Translations under genes and position numbers: made by a program
Shown: positions 19,765 to 29,786 of the stretch, one piece after another
Layout of the letters: each line of letters begins with the position of its first letter
Position numbering within the stretch: the stretch's first letter is position 1
Notes under the pieces: generated by a model
What the model saw: the letters and a program-made list of their open reading frames with translations, nothing else
Databases searched by the model: none
What the model was told of the DNA's origin: nothing
Origin: Syntrophorhabdaceae bacterium
GTDB taxonomy: Bacteria > Desulfobacterota > Syntrophorhabdia > Syntrophorhabdales > Syntrophorhabdaceae
DNA length: 64,000 bases
Assembly: GCA_963665295.1 (NCBI GenBank)
Contig: OY762209.1
Span: forward strand, 1,600,001-1,664,000
Direction of reading: 5' to 3'

Positions 19765-20158
19765 CAAGCTTCCTTCTGATCCGGAGACATGAACCGGCAG
19801 TGCTTCACCCTTCAAGGTCTGTTGACGGTGTAGGTGGATTGCCTGTGATTCCGCCGGGCCCTCAGCGATTCCGGACCGGCGTTGGTGGTGGGCGGGAGGC
19901 GCTACAGGGTGCGCGGGGAGGTTCGGAGTCTCACGGACCCCGGCACGACCGATCAGATAAGCATCCGTTTCCAGATTCGGACCACGATCTCGGACCTCCG
20001 GTAGTTTAATTATCTATTTCTAACATAACAACCATGAATAAGTCAACCATGGCCGACGACGCGGGCCGCAAGGAAGACGCTCTTCACCGCCCGCCCGGAA
20101 GGCGTGCTATAATGTATCAGGCCCTTTAAGATAAGGGGCTAAAAGACAGAGGGATCGG

Positions 20159-20815
20159 ATGGAACGGACGTGGTTTGAAAAAGGGCAATCCTTCTTTGCG
20201 GCCGGCGATTATGACGGGGCAGTGGAGGCGTACACCAGGGCCCTGGAACCGGACCCGGGGAACGCTCTGGTCTATAACAACCGGGGGCTTTGTCACGCGA
20301 GACTTTGCGACTTCGATCAGGCCATAAAGGATTTCGATAAGGCCGTGGAGCTTGACCCCGGAAACGCGACGGTCTACCACAACCGGGGAAATGCCTATTA
20401 TATCGGCCCCGGAGACTACAAACGGGCAATAATTGATTACGGCAAGGCCATAGCCCTTTACCCGAGACAAGCCTCCACGTTCTACAACAGGGGGAACGCC
20501 TTCAGGAAGATCGGCGACTACCAGCAGGCGATAAGGGATTACGGCAAAGCCATATCCCTTGACCCCGGACGTGCGGCGGCCTACTACAACAGGGGGATCG
20601 CCTTCCGAAAACTCGGCTCCTGCCGTCAGGCGCTAAAGGATTTCGACAAGGCCATAGAACTGGAGCCCAAAGACGCGGCGGCCCACCAGGAGCGGGGATA
20701 TACCTACGTCGACCTCGGCAACACCCGGCAGGCGATAAGGGATTTGACCAAAAGCGCGGAACTGGGCCGCAGGGAGATGCTCATCGATCTCCACATGGAC
20801 GATATTGAATGGTAG
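20159..20815 (+). CDS. Tetratricopeptide-repeat protein
   Basis: About 6 repeats of the YxNRG...A..D..KA..L.P pattern. Confidence 0.9.
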   Translation: MERTWFEKGQSFFAAGDYDGAVEAYTRALEPDPGNALVYNNRGLCHARLCDFDQAIKDFDKAVELDPGNATVYHNRGNAYYIGPGDYKRAIIDYGKAIALYPRQASTFYNRGNAFRKIGDYQQAIRDYGKAISLDPGRAAAYYNRGIAFRKLGSCRQALKDFDKAIELEPKDAAAHQERGYTYVDLGNTRQAIRDLTKSAELGRREMLIDLHMDDIEW

Positions 20816-20967
20816 TCCCCACAGGGTGCTTAGCGGGCCGCCGCTTACGGAGGCCCTTGATTGCATCCCCAGCCGGCATGACCTTGCCTTCATCGATCTG
20901 CCCCGTGCCGAGGGCCGGTGTCTTCAGGAGAGCCATTGTCTGCCGGTCGTTCCCGACATGTCCCTAT

Positions 20968-21198
20968 TCAAAGCGTGGATATCTCATCACTGGGGAACCG
21001 GTAAGGCGGCATCTCCTCAATCGTCTGTTCCTCGAAGATGATCGAGCTTATACAGGTGCCGAGCATTGCGGAAACCACAAGAATAAACCAGCATAAAGTC
21101 ACCACGAGCACGTAGCGCAAAATCCGCCGCGTAACCGGACCGATCTTCCGCTCCCGGAAAAGCACGCTCTCAAACATGGTGCATCGGGATTCTCCCAT
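20968..21198 (-). CDS. Small hypothetical membrane protein
   Basis: 76 aa with a basic stretch followed by one hydrophobic segment. Confidence 0.4.
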   Translation of the reverse strand: MGESRCTMFESVLFRERKIGPVTRRILRYVLVVTLCWFILVVSAMLGTCISSIIFEEQTIEEMPPYRFPSDEISTL

Positions 21199-21619
21199 GG
21201 CTCAATATCTTTATAACATATAAACGCACCGTGGTGAACTTTCAAGCATCTTCAACCTCTGCGGATAGACGGAGATCGACAGGGCGGTTTCTCGATGGTC
21301 ACCCGCACTTCCGCCCGGGCTTGCCGGCGCTTCCGCCAATGAAGCACCGGTTTTCCCGCCTTGAAATGGACGCGAAATAATAGTTCTTTATTTCCGGCAC
21401 CATTAATCAGAATAGATCAGATGTGCCGGGTGGAATATTAACAAACACCGACTGCGCAACCTGACCAACCCCCCCACAGTGGGCTTTTTTTATCCTCACT
21501 ATATCCCAAAATGTCTATTGACTCGATTACGGTAGTGATTATATTCTGGACGTGAAGCTGCCAATACAGGGATTTGCTTGTGTTCCTTGGGGACAGGACG
21601 AGACGGCGGGGTCGCTCCC

Positions 21620-21940
21620 ATGAAGAGACTTGCCGTCTTTCTCCCTGCTCTCATCGCCCTCGTTCTTTTGGTGGGCTCCCCCTTCTGCCTTTCTTTGGGC
21701 AACGGAGGCGGCCTGGCCTGCTATTGCTGCTCCGGCGCCAAAGGGGAGTGCCTGATGAGCGCCTGCCCGAATTGCCGCAACGACACCGACCAGAGCGGCC
21801 TTTCCTGGTCGCCGGACCTTATTTTGAGTTCCTTTGCCCTCGCGGTTTTCGCACAGCCTGTGCGCGACCATTCAGGGTATCTTTTGCCACCCTCTGCAGT
21901 TTACCTGGAAGTGCCCGTCAAACCTCCCATCAGCCTTTAG
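21620..21940 (+). CDS. Cys-rich exported small protein, candidate metal-sensing arrest leader (copy A)
   Basis: Signal peptide, GGLACYCCSGAKGECLMSACPNC, C-terminal VYLEVPVKPP; clear paralog at 25974. Confidence 0.8.
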   Translation: MKRLAVFLPALIALVLLVGSPFCLSLGNGGGLACYCCSGAKGECLMSACPNCRNDTDQSGLSWSPDLILSSFALAVFAQPVRDHSGYLLPPSAVYLEVPVKPPISL

Positions 21941-21962
21941 AATCCCCGCATCAAATTAACTA

Positions 21963-23637
21963 GTCTCCATCCGGAAACCCCCATTTTCGAGCAAGCCCCC
22001 GGTCTATTGCCAGGGTGGGCGCTCAGCCGTCCGGTGATTCCGTCATCCCTTTTCGGATTTCACTCCATCGGGCCCGTTTTCCCCAGAGTCAGGGCGTAGC
22101 TCACCCTTGTCCCCTTGAGAAAATAGTCTTCTCTCATCATGAGGCCATCCTGATGCGGGCGATGACGAGAAGATTGTAGGAGACGATACTGGAGAGCACG
22201 TACCGGGCAAACCCTTCCCATCCTGTCCACGTCGCCCGGTCAAGGCCGAAGGACCGTTTCAATGTGGAGATGCCTGCTTCAATGCCCGCCCGGAAGTTCC
22301 TGAGCTTCTTGTAGACCCAGGTGCTCTTTGCCATGTCGAGGATGGAGAGCCCCCTCTTTCTGGCGAAGACGGCATCCTTGATATGGTTCTCCTTCGCATA
22401 GGCGAGGTTCTCTTTTGAGGCAAAGCCCCCGTCGGCCGTCACTTGGCGAGGCATCTTCCCGTACCACTCCTTATGCTGCTCAAGGAGGGATTGATACTGG
22501 TCGGTATCAGCGGGGTTGCCCGGGACGATGAGACACCCGATGATCATGGTGGAGCGTCCTCCTGTAAGGAACACCTTATGGCCGTACTCGGTATCCCTCC
22601 TCCCCTTCACGATGATGTCCGTGTGGTCCTCGAAGAAAGAGACGATCTTCTCGGAGGCGGGGACCTTCTCGTTCTTGAAGACTCTCCGGTCGGTCTGGTC
22701 GATGACCTTCCCGAGTATGCCCACGGCGCGTTCAAGTCTCCGGGCAAGCTCGCGGGCAGCGAAGGTGTCCATGAGATTATCGCCCTCGTAGGGGATGAGT
22801 TCGGTGATCGCCTCTTCGGCATATCCCTTCACGAGATTCGCATAGTGGAGGAGGTCCTTGTAGGCGCTCTTCCGTGTTCTGTCGTTCTTTGCATTGAGGA
22901 TCGTCATGAGCTTCTTCTTGGCTACTCTCCTATGGTCACTGTAGGCATACCGGGGCACGGGAGCAAGCTCCTTCCCTTCGGTGAGTAACCGGGTAATGAC
23001 GCGGATGCCGTCCACGATGAGCGATGAGTCGGTGGGGTGGTGGATGTTGGTCTCCACCGTGGTGGAGTCTACTCTTACCACGCGGCCGGATTCTATCTTC
23101 TCCTTTACCGCGTAGCGGTTTACTTCCTGAATGATCGCCTCCCAGGTTTCTTCCCGTATCGCCTTTATGTTCTCCTGAAGGACCGATTTGGAGGGGTACT
23201 GTCCCATCTCCAATCTCGCGAAACTGCGGAGTGCGTCGGAGTCTTCCATGTGGAAGGCAAGCTCTTCATACGTCAGTTGGCGGTACTGCTTGAGTATGGC
23301 GATCCGGAGCACCTGTTCCGCGGTGAGCCCCTCTCTTCCCGTGTCGGTGCGACAGAAGGAGGTCATATCCCCGAAGACCAGATCCAGAAGGCGGGGATTG
23401 GCGTCTATGACCTTTGACATCTCCTGAAGCTCCTTTACGATAGAATGGCGCATCATGGGGGAGAAGAGGCCTGTCTGGGGGTTGAATTTCTGGCGCATTC
23501 CGGAATCCTTTCTGAAGGCGTTAGGTAATGATATTGCCTTGTTACAACCATATTGTACCTCAGATGAGGGGCGAAACTCCAGGGGAATGTGGGGATTTGG
23601 GCAAATATTTCATGGGGTTAGGTTTCCGGATGGAGAC
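21963..23637 (-). mobile_element. Insertion sequence (ISNCY/IS5-like DDE) with intact ends
   Basis: 17-bp terminal inverted repeats GTCTCCATCCGGAAACC; 6-bp target duplication TAACTA at 21957-21962 and 23638-23643. Confidence 0.9.
22137..23498 (-). CDS. DDE transposase
   Basis: RVDSTTVETNIHHPTD, TADGGF, RAGIEAGIS motifs. Confidence 0.92.
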   Translation of the reverse strand: MRQKFNPQTGLFSPMMRHSIVKELQEMSKVIDANPRLLDLVFGDMTSFCRTDTGREGLTAEQVLRIAILKQYRQLTYEELAFHMEDSDALRSFARLEMGQYPSKSVLQENIKAIREETWEAIIQEVNRYAVKEKIESGRVVRVDSTTVETNIHHPTDSSLIVDGIRVITRLLTEGKELAPVPRYAYSDHRRVAKKKLMTILNAKNDRTRKSAYKDLLHYANLVKGYAEEAITELIPYEGDNLMDTFAARELARRLERAVGILGKVIDQTDRRVFKNEKVPASEKIVSFFEDHTDIIVKGRRDTEYGHKVFLTGGRSTMIIGCLIVPGNPADTDQYQSLLEQHKEWYGKMPRQVTADGGFASKENLAYAKENHIKDAVFARKRGLSILDMAKSTWVYKKLRNFRAGIEAGISTLKRSFGLDRATWTGWEGFARYVLSSIVSYNLLVIARIRMAS

Positions 23638-23729
23638 TAACTAACGCCGGACCGGTTCGGGATAGCCTCGACCCTTCGCGGGTCTTCGGTGCGCCCCCGG
23701 AACCTTGACGGCAAGCATAAGGAGCTATC

Positions 23730-25907
23730 ATGCGAAGAATACCATTCTGCTGCGTGCTTGGGGCGCTCTGTCTCCTGGCCGGGTCCCTCCCGGCGGCGGA
23801 CGGCAAGGGCGAGGGAAAGGCAGTCGCGGCCATAACCCTCGACGGGGTGGTGGTGAGCACCACACGGGACGTTGCGGCGCCGGAGGACGGAGGATATGTG
23901 ACAACGGACAGCTACCGGCACAAGGTAACATCCGACGACCGGGCGCGCACGGGCAGCACCCCCGACCTCCTCTATGATGTGCCGGGCGTGAGCCTTCAGC
24001 AGAACGGCGGGGTAGCCGCCATCCCCTTTGTCCACGGCCAGGGTGACGACCGGGTGAAGATTGTGATCAACGGCATGACTACCACCTCGGCATGCTCCAA
24101 CCACATGAACTCGCCCCTTTCCTATATCGACCCCGCCAATGTGAGCACTATGAACGTGATAGCGGGCCTTACCCCGGTTGCCATGGGCGGAGACAGCACG
24201 GGCGGGACCATTGTGGTGGACTCCGCGCCGCCCGTCTTCGCTGAGCCCGGCGAGAAGGTCCACACGGAGGGGAGCCTTTCCTCCTTTTACCGGAGCAACA
24301 ACAAAAGCTACGGCGGCTCCGTCTCCACCTCGGTGGCTACGGGCAACGTGAGCGCGGGTTACTCGGGCTCCTGGGACAGGGCGGGCGATTACCACGACGG
24401 GAACGGCGCCACCGTGACCTCCACCTATTACAAGACCAACAACCAGACCGTCACGCTGGCGGCCCGGGGCAGCGGGAACCTCCTCGTCGTTCAGGGCGGG
24501 CAACAGTCCATCCCATACCAGGGATTCGTGAACCAGCAGATGGACATGACGAGAAACTTTTCGGAATTCCTCAACGTACGGTACAAGCGCGAATTCGGAT
24601 GGGGCCTTGTCGATGCCCGGGTCTACTGGCGGGAGGTATGGCACGAGATGAACGTGGGAAGCGACAAGATAGATTTCCCCAACCCCATGCTCATGCCCAT
24701 GGAGACCCACGGGAAGGACATGGGCTACTCCGTGAAGGCCGAGATACCCCTGAATGAACGGCACCTCGTGAGGGCGGGCAACGAATTCCACAGGTTTCTC
24801 CTCAACGACTGGTGGCCCCCCGTGGCCAACACGACCCCCTTCATGGGGCCCGGCACGTTTCAGAGCGTCAACAACGGCCGCCGGGACCGGTTCGGCACAT
24901 TCGGCGAATGGGAAGCGAAATGGACCCCCGCCTGGACCACTCTTCTCGGCGTGCGCAACGATACGGTGTGGATGAATACGGGCACAGTCCAGGGCTACTC
25001 CAACACCAACCTGTACGCCCCTGATGCGCGCGCCTTCGACGCCCGGAGCCGGGGCCGCACGGACGTCAATTACGATATCACCGCCCTCGTCCGCTACGAG
25101 CCCGACAAGACGAGCACGTACGAAGGCGGCTATGCCCGCAAGACACGCTCGCCCAACCTTTACGAACGTTATGCCTGGTCCACGAACAGGATGACAAGCG
25201 GCATGATCAACTGGTTCGGGGACGGCAACATGTACGTGGGCAACCCCGACGTCGACCCGGAGATCGCCCATACGGTGAGCGTGACCGGAGACTGGCATGA
25301 CAGTACGCGCAGGGAATGGGGAATAAAGGTCACCCCCTATTTCACCTATGTGGAGGATTACATCGGCGTGGATGAACTGAAAAGCGTGACTTACGGAGCC
25401 AGCACGTTCTCCCAACTGAAATTCGCCAATCATGACGCCCGTATTTACGGCGCGGACCTGGCGGGTTTTATGCCCATATGGAATAACGCCGCCCTGGGCC
25501 GGGGGCGGCTCAAAGGCACGGTGGGGTTCGTCCACGGAGAGACCGTTGCCAATGGAAACAGTCTCTATCACATGATGCCCCTCAACGGACTCATCATTGT
25601 GGAACAGACCCTGAAGACGTGGCGAAACGGCGTGGAACTGCAATGGGTGGACCGCAAGACCGCAGTCGATCCCCTCCGGCATGAACCGAAGACCGCGGGT
25701 TACGCCCTTGTCAACGTGCGTTCAAGTTACCAATGGCAGAGGATCCGTATTGACGCGGGTATTACCAACCTGTTGGACAAGACCTACGAACTCCCCTTGG
25801 GAGGGGTTAATTTCGACGATTTTCTCGCGAGCGGTTGGAGCAGCCGGATCAGTTCGGTGAAAGGGCCGGGCCGGTCGTTCTATGCGGCAGTGACGGTGCA
25901 GTTCTGA
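23730..25907 (+). CDS. TonB-dependent receptor, probably for copper
   Basis: Signal peptide, TonB box LDGVVVS, plug with ACSNHMN (CxxxM as in OprC-type receptors), Met-rich PMLMPME, NLLDKTY, terminal Phe. Confidence 0.85.
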   Translation: MRRIPFCCVLGALCLLAGSLPAADGKGEGKAVAAITLDGVVVSTTRDVAAPEDGGYVTTDSYRHKVTSDDRARTGSTPDLLYDVPGVSLQQNGGVAAIPFVHGQGDDRVKIVINGMTTTSACSNHMNSPLSYIDPANVSTMNVIAGLTPVAMGGDSTGGTIVVDSAPPVFAEPGEKVHTEGSLSSFYRSNNKSYGGSVSTSVATGNVSAGYSGSWDRAGDYHDGNGATVTSTYYKTNNQTVTLAARGSGNLLVVQGGQQSIPYQGFVNQQMDMTRNFSEFLNVRYKREFGWGLVDARVYWREVWHEMNVGSDKIDFPNPMLMPMETHGKDMGYSVKAEIPLNERHLVRAGNEFHRFLLNDWWPPVANTTPFMGPGTFQSVNNGRRDRFGTFGEWEAKWTPAWTTLLGVRNDTVWMNTGTVQGYSNTNLYAPDARAFDARSRGRTDVNYDITALVRYEPDKTSTYEGGYARKTRSPNLYERYAWSTNRMTSGMINWFGDGNMYVGNPDVDPEIAHTVSVTGDWHDSTRREWGIKVTPYFTYVEDYIGVDELKSVTYGASTFSQLKFANHDARIYGADLAGFMPIWNNAALGRGRLKGTVGFVHGETVANGNSLYHMMPLNGLIIVEQTLKTWRNGVELQWVDRKTAVDPLRHEPKTAGYALVNVRSSYQWQRIRIDAGITNLLDKTYELPLGGVNFDDFLASGWSSRISSVKGPGRSFYAAVTVQF

Positions 25908-25973
25908 GAACCGCGCCGGCGCCATGGTTCCGTGCGGGTCCGGTTGCCCGCAACAGATGATGAGGCTGGTTTT

Positions 25974-26315
25974 GTGAAGAATGCGATCGGTGTGACTGTT
26001 GCCATGATAGCCCTCCTTCTCCTGGTGGGCGCCCCGTTCTGCTTTTCCTTCAATGGAAAGGCGGGTCACGGGGGCCTTGCCTGCTACTGCTGCTCTGCTG
26101 CAAAAGGGGACTGCATTATGATCCAATGTCCGAAATGTAACGCCCATGACGGCCGGGATATGACTTCCTGGTCGTCGGACCTGATGCCGAGGTTCTTTCA
26201 TATGTCCCTCTTTGCCGGGCCCGTGTCCGGAAGGGCGGAGTGCTTCCTGACGCCCGAACCGGTATACCTCGAGGTCCCGGTCAGACCTCCCGGAAGCGGC
26301 GTCCCGCCCGGATAG
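25974..26315 (+). CDS. Cys-rich exported small protein, candidate metal-sensing arrest leader (copy B)
   Basis: GTG start after GAGG; signal peptide, GGLACYCCSAAKGDCIMIQCPKC, VYLEVPVRPP. Confidence 0.8.
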   Translation: MKNAIGVTVAMIALLLLVGAPFCFSFNGKAGHGGLACYCCSAAKGDCIMIQCPKCNAHDGRDMTSWSSDLMPRFFHMSLFAGPVSGRAECFLTPEPVYLEVPVRPPGSGVPPG

Positions 26316-26356
26316 CACATGCGAACCCAATCGGACGTTATAGAAAGGAGAGAACT

Positions 26357-29254
26357 ATGAAGACAAGAATATTACGGGCAACGATAATTATTGCGGCCCT
26401 GATCCTGTGCATGGGTAGCGGCATGGCCCATGCCTATTCAACCCCGCCGTCATGGAGCGGCATGAAGATGCTCACCGTTTCCTTTAACAACGGCATACTT
26501 GACGTGACGGACCAGACGAATAACCCCATACTGGCCATGGACACTCTGGCTACCGGCGCTCCCAATTACAGCGCGAGGGCATACGGCAGTTTCGACCCGA
26601 ACCAGCCCTGGAAGGTGCTCAACAACATGGCCTTCACCCGCATACTGGGCTGGTGGGACCCTAATGCGAGCAAGACGGACGGGAGCGCCGTCAAAGACAA
26701 GATCCAAGCGGCTTACGGCCCGGACGCCGCCATCTGGATAGAGGCGCTCAGCCAGTCGGCGGGACTTAAAAGCTATCTGGCTGTGGGGAAATTCGGGGTC
26801 AACGCGGACAACACGCAGAACGTGGACCCTAACGCCCATGGCTATACAGGGATCTTCGGCACCGATGGCAGCCCGGCCAAATGGAAGTGGGACTACAAGA
26901 TGGACCACAACGTCTATGCCGTGTCATGGGACGCCCTCACGCCGAACCAGCTCTACTCCGCCACCTACCATGTCTATGTGGGCGACAGTGCGGGAAACAA
27001 GATCGGCCCGGGCACCAATGAAACGTGGACGTGGCAGGCGCCCGCCGCGGTCCCCGGCCTGATCGACGAGGGTAATGGGCTCATTTACGACAAAGACCAG
27101 AACATTACATGGTACCAGGTATCGTCGGACCGGCTGTGGACCGATGGGGGCCTGAACACCAGGGTAAGCACCTACATTGCCAACCTCAACGTCAACGGGA
27201 TCACCGGCTGGCGTCTGCCCACGGCGAACAAGGATGACATAAAGAACAACATTTACAATACGGGAGAGTTGGGACACCTTTACTATGTCGGCCTGGGAAA
27301 CACCCTCGCGGGAGGATTGCAGTATGCGGGGCCCTTCACAGGCCTGCAGGCCGGTCCCTACTGGACAGGGACGATTGCCGTGGACGGCCCTATGAAACAG
27401 TACTATGTCCTCGATTTCAACAGCGGCACCTGGGGTACGGATTGCGGCATGGTGTCCATGAGCGACGGCGCGTACGTCCTGGCGGTCCATGACGGCAACG
27501 TGGGTGTCGTCGACACCACCGCGCCCACGGTGACCGCCTTCTCCATTCCGTCCGCCGCCACATCACTCACCGTCTCCATATCGGAGTTTGCAGCCACAGA
27601 CGACATGGGAGTGACGGGATACATGGCCACGGAAAGCTCCACCGCGCCCCTCGCGTCGGTGAACGGCTGGAGCGCGGACCCTCCCGCGACCTACACCTTC
27701 TCCTCAGCGGGGAACAAGATACTCTACGCCTTTGCAAAGGACGAAGCAGGGAATGTCTCCGCGCCCCTCAGCGCACCGGTGGCGATTACCCTGCCCGACA
27801 CCACCGCTCCCACGGTGACCTCCTTCTCCATTCCTTCCTCCGCCACATCACTCACCGTCTCCATATCGGAGTTTGCAGCGACAGACGACGTGGGAGTGAC
27901 GGGATACATGGCCACGGAAAGCTCCACCGCGCCCCTCGCGTCGGTGAACGGCTGGAGCGCCCGGCCTCCCGCGACGTATACCTTCTCCTCCGGCGGCGCC
28001 AAGACCCTTTACGGCTACGCAAAGGACGGGGCAGGCAACATCTCCGCGCCCGCGAGCGCACCCGTTACGATTACCACGGGCGATATCATACCTCCGCGGG
28101 TGAAGACTTTTGTCATGCCGGGTCGGTACAATGCCCTCACCGTGCCCGTGACGACCTTTATCGGAACGGATAACGTGGCCGTCGCGTTCTACCAGCTCAC
28201 ATCCACATCAACAGCACCCGATCCCGCTGCAACGGGCTGGGTTTCCACGGCCCCGGAAAACTACACCTTCGAATCCGCGGGCAACAAGGACGTGTACGCC
28301 TGGGTAAAGGACACGTCGGGTAATATCTCGGCTCCGAAAAAGAGGCGCGTAGTCGTTGACCTTCCGGACAGGACCAAACCCACGGTGACAAACTTCCAGA
28401 TGCCGTCCCAATCGATCTCGCTCACCGTGCCCGTCACGACCTTCACCGCGAAGGACAACGTGGGCGTCACGGGGTACCTTCTCACCGAGACATCGACTGC
28501 GCCCGACCCCGCGGCAACAGGCTGGGTTTTGAACCCTCCTGCCGGTTACACCTTCGATTCTCAGGGCGCAAAATACGTCAACGCCTGGGTAAAGGACGGA
28601 GCGGGAAACGTTTCAGCTCCGAAGCGGAGGAGGGTGGTCGTTGACCTCACCGACAAGGCGCGGCCCACGGTGACAAACTTCCAGATGCCGTCCCAATCGA
28701 TCTCGCTCACCGTGCCCGTCACGACCTTCACCGCGGAAGACAACGTGGGCGTCACGGGGTACCTTCTCACCGAGACATCGACTGCGCCCGACCCCGTTGC
28801 AGCCGGCTGGGTTTCCGTTCCACCCGCCGCGTACACCTTCGACTATGCAGGTGTCAGGCGCATCTACGCCTGGGCAAAAGACGGCGCGGGGAACGTCTCG
28901 TTTGCCAGGCAAGAGACAGTGGCAATCGATCTTGCCGATAAGACAAAACCCGTGGTGACGTCCTTCGAGACGCCCGCCGCATCGGCAACCCTCACCGTGC
29001 CCGTCACGGCCTTCACTGCCACGGACGACACGGGCGTCACGGGCTATAAACTCACCGAATCCTCGGGCAAGCCTTCCCCGGCCGCGGGCTGGACCGGCAC
29101 TCCTCCTGCAAGTTACACCTTCACGAAGCAGGGCAAAAGGAACCTCTATGCCTGGGCAAGGGACGGGGCAGGTAATATCTCCAAATCCGTGCGGCAGCAA
29201 GTGGTCGTAACCCTGTCTGCAGGCTCCGCCTTTCAGGATGAGGACGACGAGTAA
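26357..29254 (+). CDS. Large secreted protein: unknown N-terminal domain, DUF1566/Lcl-like domain, six Ig-like repeats
   Basis: AAAGGAG RBS, signal peptide ending AHA; GWRLPT...ELGHLYY...YWTGT; DTTAPTV...KDxAGNxS repeats. Confidence 0.8.
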   Translation: MKTRILRATIIIAALILCMGSGMAHAYSTPPSWSGMKMLTVSFNNGILDVTDQTNNPILAMDTLATGAPNYSARAYGSFDPNQPWKVLNNMAFTRILGWWDPNASKTDGSAVKDKIQAAYGPDAAIWIEALSQSAGLKSYLAVGKFGVNADNTQNVDPNAHGYTGIFGTDGSPAKWKWDYKMDHNVYAVSWDALTPNQLYSATYHVYVGDSAGNKIGPGTNETWTWQAPAAVPGLIDEGNGLIYDKDQNITWYQVSSDRLWTDGGLNTRVSTYIANLNVNGITGWRLPTANKDDIKNNIYNTGELGHLYYVGLGNTLAGGLQYAGPFTGLQAGPYWTGTIAVDGPMKQYYVLDFNSGTWGTDCGMVSMSDGAYVLAVHDGNVGVVDTTAPTVTAFSIPSAATSLTVSISEFAATDDMGVTGYMATESSTAPLASVNGWSADPPATYTFSSAGNKILYAFAKDEAGNVSAPLSAPVAITLPDTTAPTVTSFSIPSSATSLTVSISEFAATDDVGVTGYMATESSTAPLASVNGWSARPPATYTFSSGGAKTLYGYAKDGAGNISAPASAPVTITTGDIIPPRVKTFVMPGRYNALTVPVTTFIGTDNVAVAFYQLTSTSTAPDPAATGWVSTAPENYTFESAGNKDVYAWVKDTSGNISAPKKRRVVVDLPDRTKPTVTNFQMPSQSISLTVPVTTFTAKDNVGVTGYLLTETSTAPDPAATGWVLNPPAGYTFDSQGAKYVNAWVKDGAGNVSAPKRRRVVVDLTDKARPTVTNFQMPSQSISLTVPVTTFTAEDNVGVTGYLLTETSTAPDPVAAGWVSVPPAAYTFDYAGVRRIYAWAKDGAGNVSFARQETVAIDLADKTKPVVTSFETPAASATLTVPVTAFTATDDTGVTGYKLTESSGKPSPAAGWTGTPPASYTFTKQGKRNLYAWARDGAGNISKSVRQQVVVTLSAGSAFQDEDDE
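27512..29221 (+). repeat. Six intragenic 285-bp (95-aa) tandem repeats
   Basis: Units start at 27512, 27797, 28082, 28367, 28652, 28937; units 1/2 and 4/5 are closely similar in DNA. Confidence 0.9.
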
Positions 29255-29363
29255 GGGGCGGACTATGAGCGCCCGGATCAAAGAAGGAACATAAGTCTTT
29301 TTAAAAGGGGAGGCCCGGGCCATACCCGGACCTCCCCGCACACAGGACCACAGGAGGAGCACC

Positions 29364-29786
29364 ATGGAATGGATCAGATGGATCATCGATTACGGCATCA
29401 TAGGTTTGCTGGTTTTCATGAGCGTGGTGGCGGTGGCTGTCGCCATCGAGCGGCGGTCGTGTTACCGGAGGATTGATCTCAAGAGTTTTAAGGACAAAAA
29501 GACCCTTGAACTCGTGTTGACCCGGAGGCTTCACCTCATTGCAACCGTAGGGAGCAACGCCCCCTACATAGGCCTCCTGGGGACGGTCCTCGGCATTATG
29601 CTTACGTTTTATACCATGGGCCGCGGAGGGTTCATGGATACGGGCAAGATCATGATCGGCCTCGCCCTGGCCCTCAAGGTCACCGCCGTGGGGTTGATCG
29701 TGGCCATCCCCGCGGTCACCCTCTACAACTTTCAGATTCGCCGGGCAAAGGAACTGATCCTCGAGTGGGAGGCGCGCAATGGATGA
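29364..29786 (+). CDS. exbB: TonB system energizer ExbB (short form)
   Basis: [20 protein letters not shown] and [11 protein letters not shown] motifs. Confidence 0.92.
   Translation: MEWIRWIIDYGIIGLLVFMSVVAVAVAIERRSCYRRIDLKSFKDKKTLELVLTRRLHLIATVGSNAPYIGLLGTVLGIMLTFYTMGRGGFMDTGKIMIGLALALKVTAVGLIVAIPAVTLYNFQIRRAKELILEWEARNG

Noticed and set aside
8981..19815. Selenocysteine in the molybdoenzymes
   Set aside because: Both frames are open with no in-frame TGA and have Cys at the candidate ligand position
23637..25682. Long antisense ORFs (also 34..1089, 8969..10630, 44922..47636, 55054..56271)
   Set aside because: Shadow frames opposite well-supported genes in GC-rich DNA, with no recognisable motifs
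27060..27500. DUF1566-like domain as a diversity-generating retroelement target
   Set aside because: No reverse transcriptase or template repeat seen in the window
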